From contig CAYFZI010000001.1 of NCBI GenBank assembly GCA_964347635.1, positions 29,322 to 93,321 of the forward strand: a DNA stretch of 64,000 bases. The letters run 5' to 3'. Both the position numbers and the translations under genes were made by a program. This document shows, piece by piece, positions 39,807 to 46,954 of this stretch (position 1 is the stretch's first letter; each line of letters begins with the position of its first letter). The DNA comes from an uncultured Dehalococcoidia bacterium. Its GTDB lineage: Bacteria; Chloroflexota; Dehalococcoidia; Bin125. The notes under the pieces are model-generated. The model was not told where the DNA came from. It ran no database searches and saw only the letters and a list, made by a program, of their open reading frames with translations.

Positions 39807-40829
39807 TCAGTACTCGCCGCAGCGATCGAGGTTGGGCTGTATGGGGGTGTCGAAGAGGCGGGCGACCGCGAACTCGAATGTTTCGAGGTCGCCGTCGTTG
39901 TCGCGGCCGCGGATCACGACCGTTTCAGCGTTGCGCAGCTGTTCCGCAAAACCGCGGTCATCGGGCGGGCTGGCCGCGGTGCTGAGGTTGCCGTCATCGA
40001 CGATCTCCCATTTCGCCGCGACCGCGTCTGCTTGGTTAATCCGATACTCCATGTCGAGTTCCCGCTCCAAAAACGTGAACGGCATGCCGGTCACGACGAC
40101 CTGAAAATCACCCTCGAAACAACCGAGCAGGAGCATTGCGGGCTCGATTTCGAACGAACTGGCCTCAGTGTGCCGGACGCTGATCAGGCTGGTCAGAGCG
40201 TCGTCGATCGGGTCGCGGGTGGTTGTGTAGAAGACATACTCGCCGAGTTGTGTAACGCTCTCGTCCTCGTAGGGGGCGAACGCTTCGTCCTCCTCGGATC
40301 CCGCCGCATCTTCTGCATCCTGAGCCGCTGCTGCTTCGTCTTGCTCCCCATCCTGCTCATCGGCCCCCGGCAGCGGGTCGCCGGCGGCCCAGTCTGCAGG
40401 CGGTATCAGAATCTCGCGGCCGATATTGAGGATAGTGTCGAGCTCCAGATCCTCATTGAAGGCGAGCAGATTGTTGATGTCGACGCTGTACCGCCGGGCG
40501 AGCCGATAGAGCGTGTCGCCGGCGCTGACGGTGTGCACGGCGGCGGGCTGTATCGGTTCGGGCTGGGGCTGTTCCTGCTGAACGGCCGCGTCCGCCTGCC
40601 CGCCCGCATCCTCGGCAGCAGGCTGCGGCTGCTCCTCCGCGGGTTGAGCCTGTTCCTGCGGTTCGGGCTGCGGCTCCGGCGCGGGGCGCTGCGACTCGAT
40701 CCGCGTCTGCTCAGCGCCGTTCTGCTCCTCATCGTCGCCGCTCCTGCCGACGATCACCACCAGAGCAACAAAGCCGACCAGCAAGAGCAGCCCGATCGCC
40801 GCGATGATGCCGAGGCAGCCCTGCGCCAT
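39807..40829 (-). CDS. Novel paralog B: TM anchor + Pro/Gln/Glu-rich linker + LysM domain + C-domain ending CGEY
   Basis: N-terminal TM helix (IIAAIGLLLLVGFVALVVIV). LysM (HTVSAGDTLYRLARRYSVDINNLLAFNEDLELDTILNIGREILIPP). C-domain (LTSLISVRHTE...LLLGCFEG...FAVARLFDTPIQPNLDRCGEY). Its ATG overlaps the upstream gene's stop as TGATG. Confidence 0.78.
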   Translation of the reverse strand: MAQGCLGIIAAIGLLLLVGFVALVVIVGRSGDDEEQNGAEQTRIESQRPAPEPQPEPQEQAQPAEEQPQPAAEDAGGQADAAVQQEQPQPEPIQPAAVHTVSAGDTLYRLARRYSVDINNLLAFNEDLELDTILNIGREILIPPADWAAGDPLPGADEQDGEQDEAAAAQDAEDAAGSEEDEAFAPYEDESVTQLGEYVFYTTTRDPIDDALTSLISVRHTEASSFEIEPAMLLLGCFEGDFQVVVTGMPFTFLERELDMEYRINQADAVAAKWEIVDDGNLSTAASPPDDRGFAEQLRNAETVVIRGRDNDGDLETFEFAVARLFDTPIQPNLDRCGEY

Positions 40830-42040
40830 CAGTACTGCCCGCAGTAGTCCAAATTGGCCTGAACCGGCGTCTCAAACAGGCCCGCCAGCGGCAACTGTAT
40901 GTGCTGGCTGCCGCTGCCTGGGTTGATGTGGAATTCGAGCACGCGCGCTTGGCGCAGCTGCGCGATGAACGCAGCGTCGTCATCCGGGCTGATCCCTGAC
41001 TCTACCGAGAAGACAAACATCCAACGATGCGTGGTCGCTGCTCGACCGTCAAGTCGAACACTCGTAACTGGCGTACTTTCTATCTCGGTGATCCAGAGCC
41101 AGAGCGCGCTGTCATTGAGAATGATATCAAGCCGATCGACGTCACAGATCATGTGCAGTGTGCCACTGCCTCTTCTGAGAGTGACGCCTGTGGTCAGGGC
41201 TGTTGGATCCAGATGCGGGCTCACCCAGTATTCGATATCGATGAAGACGAGACCGTTTGTCTCGCCCAAGAGGGCAACCCCTCCAGGTGTGGAACGTCCG
41301 CAGTAGTCGATGTTCGGCTGGGCCGGCGTAGTGAAAAGCCCGGCCAAATCTATCGTCGCACCGCCAGAGCTCCCTCCTCCGAATTGAACGGTCAGCGTCT
41401 GTGAACGCTTGAGCCGTTCCACAAACGTCGCATCGTCGTCGGGGCTGTACCCAGAGGTGGCACCGCGGTAGGAGCGCCAATTGACAGTTTCGATTTCGCC
41501 CCCGTCGAAGCGCAGCAAGATCACTTCACCGTCGCCGTAGAAAAACCGATAGTCCCAGTCAACCAATACATCAAACTTGCCTTGGGCGCAGACCAGTTCA
41601 ATCGAAAAATCGTTGGCATGCGTGCGGACGATGGTGGTGAGCGTGTCGCTCAGGGGGTCGCGCTCGACTTCGTACCAGAGATCCGCTTCGCCCGTGCCGA
41701 TCGTCTCTCTGGCGGGTTTCCAGCCCGCCGGCGGATTCGGCCCCGGCTGCGGGCGCGCCGCAACAGGCGCCGGCGCCGGCGCGCCGACTGTGAGCGGCGA
41801 GCTGTTCAGCCAGCGATCATGGTCGATTTCGGCGGGGAGGTAGCGGGCTTGCGGGAGTTGGCGCTCGCCCCAGTCGCCGCCGCCGTGGCGCTGCTGCAGG
41901 CCGAACTCAGTGCGACCGTCGTCGAGGCGCCGGACGCTGATCCGAACCTCGGTGTCCCCCTCCACAGCGCGGACTGTGAGCGTCGCGATGCCGGCGATCA
42001 GCGCCAGCACCACCAAGCCGATGACGCTGTTCCTGGCCAT
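40829..42040 (-). CDS. Novel paralog C: signal/anchor + N-repeat + Pro-rich linker + 2x C-domain (ending YCGRS / YCGQY)
   Basis: MARNSVIGLVVLALIAGIATLTVRAVEGDTEVRISVRRLDDGRTEFGLQQRHGGGDWGERQLPQARYLPAEIDHDRWLNSSPLTV. Two tandem C-domains: ...LTTIVRTHANDFSIELVCAQG...DLAGLFTTPAQPNIDYCGRS and ...HMICDVDRL...LPLAGLFETPVQANLDYCGQY. Confidence 0.78.
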   Translation of the reverse strand: MARNSVIGLVVLALIAGIATLTVRAVEGDTEVRISVRRLDDGRTEFGLQQRHGGGDWGERQLPQARYLPAEIDHDRWLNSSPLTVGAPAPAPVAARPQPGPNPPAGWKPARETIGTGEADLWYEVERDPLSDTLTTIVRTHANDFSIELVCAQGKFDVLVDWDYRFFYGDGEVILLRFDGGEIETVNWRSYRGATSGYSPDDDATFVERLKRSQTLTVQFGGGSSGGATIDLAGLFTTPAQPNIDYCGRSTPGGVALLGETNGLVFIDIEYWVSPHLDPTALTTGVTLRRGSGTLHMICDVDRLDIILNDSALWLWITEIESTPVTSVRLDGRAATTHRWMFVFSVESGISPDDDAAFIAQLRQARVLEFHINPGSGSQHIQLPLAGLFETPVQANLDYCGQY

Positions 42041-42174
42041 AGCCCGCGCCTTTCCAGCAGCTCACTCGCCGAATGGAGGAGGCAAGCGGGAAAGCTACAG
42101 CCCGAAAGCTGCGCGATCAACCGCCGCCGTGCTCTGCATTGCCGCCGCCCGGATGAACGCGGGGCGGCCTTGGC

Positions 42175-42984
42175 TCAATTGGCGCCCGCAGTGCTCTGCC
42201 CGCAGTTAAGAAGGTTGCGGTGCACCGGAGTCTCAAGCAGGCCTTCAATGTCCAGCGTGATTGGGCTGGGAGATCTCGACCACAATCTGATCGTGAGTGT
42301 GGAGCGGCCCCGCAAGCTGTTCAGAAATGGCCCGGCATCGCTTGGCCCATAACCTGCAGTGCCTATGGCCGGCCATGTGCTCTGCTGCAACGGGCCGTCG
42401 TCAATGCGCCACTCAACCTCTTGGGTGCCGCTGACGTAGTACCAGTCGTCATCGGCTACATACACACGCAGTCGGTCGCTGCACAAGATTATCAACTCGA
42501 GCGGATCCTCCAGAAATCCAGGGCCAGGGTCTTCCTCACTAGTCCGAACTATGGTGCTCACCGTGCCATCAAACGGATCTCGGGATACGAAGAATCGAAT
42601 ATTCTCGCTGGTCTCTCCACCGGCCCACACCAGCCCTTCCGTCGGCAGTAGGGAGATGCCCCCTTCCAGCAAATGGCCGTGGATCGCGGAGGCCGCGCTG
42701 TCGGCCGTCAGCTCATCCTCGGCGGGGCCCAGCGTGAGCGGTGAGCTGTTCAGCCAGCGATCGTGGTTGACTTCGGCGGGGAGGTAGCGGGCTCGCGGGA
42801 ATTGGCGCTCGCCCCAGTCGCCGCCGCCGTAGCGCTGCTGCAGGCCGAACTCGGTGCGGCCGTCGTCGAGGCGCCGGACGGTGATCCGAACCTCGGTGTC
42901 CCCCTCCACAGCGTGGACTGTGATCGTCGCGATGCTGGCGATCAGCGCCAGCGCGAGCAAACCGATGACGCTGTTCTTAACCAT
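42175..42984 (-). CDS. Novel paralog D: signal/anchor + N-repeat + C-domain (ending NCGQS)
   Basis: MVKNSVIGLLALALIASIATITVHAVEGDTEVRITVRRLDDGRTEFGLQQRYGGGDWGERQFPRARYLPAEVNHDRWLNSSPLTL is ~90% identical to the N-terminus of C. The C-domain is ...VSTIVRTSEED...LIILCSDRL...DIEGLLETPVHRNLLNCGQSTAGAN. ATG at 42984. Confidence 0.75.
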   Translation of the reverse strand: MVKNSVIGLLALALIASIATITVHAVEGDTEVRITVRRLDDGRTEFGLQQRYGGGDWGERQFPRARYLPAEVNHDRWLNSSPLTLGPAEDELTADSAASAIHGHLLEGGISLLPTEGLVWAGGETSENIRFFVSRDPFDGTVSTIVRTSEEDPGPGFLEDPLELIILCSDRLRVYVADDDWYYVSGTQEVEWRIDDGPLQQSTWPAIGTAGYGPSDAGPFLNSLRGRSTLTIRLWSRSPSPITLDIEGLLETPVHRNLLNCGQSTAGAN

Positions 42985-43119
42985 ATTTTGTGTTCTCTCA
43001 ACCGTTCGCACGCCGAATCGCAGGCGGCAAGCGGGAAAGCTACAGCCCGAAAGTTGCGCGATCAACCGCCGCCGGCGCAGCGAGCAGGAGGGGCGCTGGG
43101 GCGCGGCGCGCCTGCGCTG

Positions 43120-44688
43120 TTACTCGTTTTTGGCTTCCCCGTGCGTTTTGCGCAGGTCGTTCTTCAGCACTTTGCCCATGTGGTTGCGGGGCAGGCTTTC
43201 GACTACAGCCAGGTAGGTCGGCGCTTTGTAGCTGGCCAGCTGCGCTTTGGTGTAGGCGACGGCGTCGTCGAGCGTGAAGCTGCGGCCTTCATGCAGGATT
43301 ACAACGGCCTTGACAACTTCGCCCCACTCGAGGTCGGGCGCGCCGATCACCGCGGCCTCCGCCACCGCCGGGTGGCCCTCCAGCACCTGCTCGATTTCGC
43401 CCGGCGCGATGTTCTCGCCGCCGCGGATGATCAGATCTTTGGTGCGGCCGGTGATGAATAGGTAGCCCGCGTCGTCGAGGTAGCCGACATCGCCGGTGTG
43501 CAGGATGCCGTTGCGGATCGCTGAGGCGGTTTCCTCTTCCTGCTTGTAGTAGCCGGCCATGATGCGGTCGCCGCGGACGCAGATTTCGCCCTCTTCGCCT
43601 GGCCCAACGGGGTTATCGGCGGGGTCCAGGATCAGCACCTCGATATCGGGCATGACCTTGCCGACAGAGCGCAGGCGGTGCTCTTTGAGCGCGATCTCCT
43701 CGGCCGAGCCTTCGAGCCGGTGGTCGTCGGGGCCGAGGAAGGAGATGGAGCTGGTCGACTCGGTCTGGCCGTAGGCGTTCATAAAGCCGACGTTGGCGGG
43801 GAAGAGATCGACGGCGGCGCGGATCACGTCGTAGGGCATCGGCGCCGCGCCGTAGGTCAGCAGCTCGAGCGTTTCACCGTTGAACTTGGCGAAGTCCTCG
43901 TGCTCCATGGTGCGCTTGAGCATCGTGGGCACGATCATCGAGTGGGTGATCCCGTGCCCGTCGACGGCGTCGATCCAGGCGGTAGGCGAGAACTGGGGCA
44001 GAATCACGAGCGTGCGCCCGCCCCAGATCGAGGAGATCATCGTGGTCGCGCCGGCGATGTGGAAGAGCGGGACGCTCAGCAGCGTCTTCTGGTGCGGCGC
44101 TTCGGGATCCGCCGGCGACATCGTGTTGGTCACGTAGACGGTTAGATCCTGGTAGGTGACCTGAACGCCTTTGGGCATCGCGGTGGTGCCGGAGGTGTAG
44201 ATGATCACGGTCGGGTCTTTATCGTCGACCTCCGCCCAGACGAAGTCTTCGGAGCCCATCGCCATCAGGTCGTTGTAATGCTTCTGGGTGAGGTGCTGCG
44301 ATTCGAGCGAGATGTAGTGCTCGACGCTGGGGCAGCGCTCGGCGATCGCGTCGACCAGCGGCTGATAGCGGTCGGAGACGAAGATCAGCTTCGTCTCGGC
44401 AGTGTTGATCATGTACGTGAGCTCTTCGCGCTTGGCGCGGTAGTTGAGCGGTACGAACGTGATCCCGAGCTTGGCGCAGGCGTAGTAGATGATCACATAC
44501 TCGGCAGAGTTGACAGACATCACGCCGACATGGTCGCCGCGGCTCAGCCCGAGCCCCTGCAGCGCGTTGGCCAGGCGGGTCACCTCGGCGGAGAGCTCGG
44601 TGTAGGTCTTGACCGTGCCCCCGCAGATCAGCGCTGCTCTATCGGGCACCATGGCGGAGCTGAGTTCGAGGAAGTCGGCGGTATTCAT
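43120..44688 (-). CDS. Long-chain-fatty-acid--CoA ligase (AMP-dependent synthetase)
   Basis: AMP-binding motif IIYTSGTTAMPKGV, YGQTE, and the C-terminal GEI/GK region (ASYKAPTYLAVVESLPRNHMGKVLK). Confidence 0.92.
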   Translation of the reverse strand: MNTADFLELSSAMVPDRAALICGGTVKTYTELSAEVTRLANALQGLGLSRGDHVGVMSVNSAEYVIIYYACAKLGITFVPLNYRAKREELTYMINTAETKLIFVSDRYQPLVDAIAERCPSVEHYISLESQHLTQKHYNDLMAMGSEDFVWAEVDDKDPTVIIYTSGTTAMPKGVQVTYQDLTVYVTNTMSPADPEAPHQKTLLSVPLFHIAGATTMISSIWGGRTLVILPQFSPTAWIDAVDGHGITHSMIVPTMLKRTMEHEDFAKFNGETLELLTYGAAPMPYDVIRAAVDLFPANVGFMNAYGQTESTSSISFLGPDDHRLEGSAEEIALKEHRLRSVGKVMPDIEVLILDPADNPVGPGEEGEICVRGDRIMAGYYKQEEETASAIRNGILHTGDVGYLDDAGYLFITGRTKDLIIRGGENIAPGEIEQVLEGHPAVAEAAVIGAPDLEWGEVVKAVVILHEGRSFTLDDAVAYTKAQLASYKAPTYLAVVESLPRNHMGKVLKNDLRKTHGEAKNE

Positions 44689-44740
44689 CTGGGCATCCTC
44701 CGCGTGGACGTGGTTGGTGCGGCCGGGGTGGTCGGCGTGG

Positions 44741-45483
44741 TCATGGTGAACAATCAGTGAGTTTAGAACGGAGCCGCCGTGCGGTCTGCGCGTCGCGCTC
44801 GACAGCCGCGGCGAGGGGCAGCTCGAGGCCGCGGCGGATGCTCCGCTTGACGGCGGCGGTGACGGCCGGGTCGGCGGCGGCGATCCGCGCGGCGGCGCGG
44901 TTCACGGCCGCCTCGAGCTGTTCAGAGGCGCAGACGCGGTGCACGATCCCCCAGGCGAGCGCCCGCTCGGCATCGATCGGCAGCCCGCTCAGCACCAGGC
45001 CGGCCGCGCCGCCGGCCGCGCCGATGCGCGGCATCAGCTGCGTGCCGCCGGCCGAAGGGATGTAGCCCAGCGTGACCTCCGGCAGCGCGATCCGAGTGTC
45101 GGCGGCGGCGATCCGCAGGTCGCAGTAGAGCGGCAGCTCGATGCCGGCGCCGAAGCAGAATCCGTGCAGCGCGGCGATCGTCGCGATCGGCAGCGCTTCG
45201 AGCAGCGCCCAGAGGTCGCGCCGGCGGCGCGCCTCGCGCGCCTCGTGCAGCGAGGGTGCGCTGCCGAACTCCGTGATATCGGCGCCGGCCGAAAAGGCGC
45301 GCGGCCCGGCTCCGGCGAAGATCAGCACGCGCACATCGGGGTCAAGCTGCGCGGCCTGGATGTAGGTCCACAGCTCATCGCGCATCGCCAGGTTGATCGC
45401 GTTCAACGCCTCCGGGCGCTGCAGCGTGATCCGCGCCACCCCGGGCGCCGGCTTGGCGTAATCGACGAGCGCCGCAGCGCTCA
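44741..45483 (-). CDS. Enoyl-CoA hydratase/isomerase family protein
   Basis: ARITLQRPEALNAI, RVLIFAGAGPRAFSAGADI and HGFCFGAGIELPLYCD. GTG start at 45483 chosen so the N-terminus matches the crotonase fold. Confidence 0.8.
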
Positions 45484-45638
45484 CCGGCGCATCCCCGCGC
45501 TGCACAGCTGCGGGCCGGCCCGCAGCCGTCCCCCGCCTGCGGCATCTCCCTCCGCAAGCGGAGGGCGAGCGGACGGAGGCCGCTGCAGCGCCGCCTTCGC
45601 AGGCGGGCAGCAGATCGGCGGGAGAGCGGGCACGGCGC

Positions 45639-45881
45639 TTAGCGCCAGTCGGGGCGGCGGATCTCGCTCTTGCGGCGCACTTCCCACAGCCGTTCGATGT
45701 CTGCGTTGATCTTCTCGTGCAGCGCATCCATCTCTTCGCGGCCGGGGCGCATCTCGTTGGATTTCCAGCGGCGCACGGCAGCGCGATCGGACTTTTCCAG
45801 CTCGGTTTCGTCCAGCATGCGGCTGATGATGCGGTTCATCACCGCCCACGCCTCTTCGATATCAAGCTCGACTTTGACCAT
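45639..45881 (-). CDS. Small hypothetical protein (80 aa), paralog of 45893-46141
   Basis: MVKVELDIEEAWAVMNRIISRMLDETELEKSDRAAVRRWK... shares EEAW..M.......LD..EL......A.R.W......GR with the adjacent ORF. Confidence 0.5.
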   Translation of the reverse strand: MVKVELDIEEAWAVMNRIISRMLDETELEKSDRAAVRRWKSNEMRPGREEMDALHEKINADIERLWEVRRKSEIRRPDWR

Positions 45882-45892
45882 GGCGGGCGCTC

Positions 45893-46141
45893 CTAGCGAA
45901 CGGTGCGGTAGTAGTCGCGGCGGCGGATCGTGCGGGTCAGTTCAGCGTCGATCGTGTTGCCGAGCGCTTCGTTGACGGCGGCGGCGAATTCGACCATCGC
46001 CGGGCGGCCCTCTTCGAGCCCGGCGCGCCACTCGCGGATCGCTTTGACGCCCGCGTCGCTCAGCTCGACTTGGTCGAGCACTTGCGCGGTGACCAAGGTC
46101 ATCAGCGACCAGGCCTCTTCTTCGTCGAGCATTAGGCGCAT
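45893..46141 (-). CDS. Small hypothetical protein (82 aa), paralog of 45639-45881
   Basis: MRLMLDEEEAWSLMTLVTAQVLDQVELSDAGVKAIREWRAGLEEGRPAMVEF... is a tandem paralog of 45639-45881 in the same orientation, inside the crotonase gene train. Confidence 0.5.
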   Translation of the reverse strand: MRLMLDEEEAWSLMTLVTAQVLDQVELSDAGVKAIREWRAGLEEGRPAMVEFAAAVNEALGNTIDAELTRTIRRRDYYRTVR

Positions 46142-46198
46142 CGTGTGTCCTCCGTGTCCCCTGCTGCTGTGCGGGGCCTCGTGCTGAGCGCAGCTTAG

Positions 46199-46954
46199 CT
46201 ACGCGCCGCGGAAGCGCGGTTCGCGCTTGGCCGCAAAGGCTTCGACGCCCTCGGCGCGGTCTGCCGTCTGCTGCAGCAGGATGGTGAGTTCGGTCTCGTA
46301 GTGCAGCGCCTGGCTGAGCGGCATCTCGGCGCCGTGGCGAAGCGCGTCTTTGGCGTAGCGCACGGCGATCGGGCCGCGCTGTGCGATCGCTGCGGCGAGC
46401 GCCCGCGCGGCGGCGGCGGGGTCCGCGGCGGCGGCGTTGAGCAGCCCCCAATCGAGCGCGCGCGCGGCGGGGATGGACTGCTCGAGCAGGGCCAGCTGGC
46501 TGGCGCGCGCGCGCCCGACCGCGCGGCTGAGGCGCTGCAGCCCGCCGGCGCGGCAAAACTCGCCCTTGGGGTCGAGCAGGTTGGGCAGCCCGAGCCGAAT
46601 CTCGGCGCCGCCGACGCGGATGTCGGCGGCCAGCGCCAGCTCAAAGCCGCCGCCGAAGCAGGGGCCGCGAATGACGGCGATGCATGGCTGCGGCAGCTCG
46701 GCCAGCGGGCGGAAGAGGTCGCCGGGCGCGGGCGCACCGCGCTGCGCCCAGCCGCTCCAGAGGCTCGGCTCAGGGTCGAACAGCAGCACGCGCACAGCGG
46801 GCGTTTCGGCGACCGCTTCGCAGATCGAGGCGAGGTCGTCGATCAGCGCCGCGTCGAGCCGCTCAGCGCCCGCGGCGGCGGCAATGGGGCCGTCGATCGA
46901 AAGCGTCAGTCGGGCGTTGGTCTGCGTCGCAGTGCTCACTCGCGGCTCACTCAC
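46199..46954 (-). CDS. Enoyl-CoA hydratase/isomerase family protein
   Basis: VRVLLFDPEPSLWSGWA..., the oxyanion region IAVIRGPCFGGGFELALAADIRVG, and a typical C-terminal helix. Confidence 0.85.
   Translation of the reverse strand: MSEPRVSTATQTNARLTLSIDGPIAAAAGAERLDAALIDDLASICEAVAETPAVRVLLFDPEPSLWSGWAQRGAPAPGDLFRPLAELPQPCIAVIRGPCFGGGFELALAADIRVGGAEIRLGLPNLLDPKGEFCRAGGLQRLSRAVGRARASQLALLEQSIPAARALDWGLLNAAAADPAAAARALAAAIAQRGPIAVRYAKDALRHGAEMPLSQALHYETELTILLQQTADRAEGVEAFAAKREPRFRGA

Noticed and set aside
38683-42984. Assignment of the CG[QEH]Y C-domain to the peptidase-inhibitor I78 (CG-terminal) family or to MliC/Ivy lysozyme inhibitors
   Set aside because: A C-terminal CG ending and two cysteines are reminiscent of such families. 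I could not align the internal motifs from memory with any confidence, so I did not make the call. It remains a possibility for HHpred to test.
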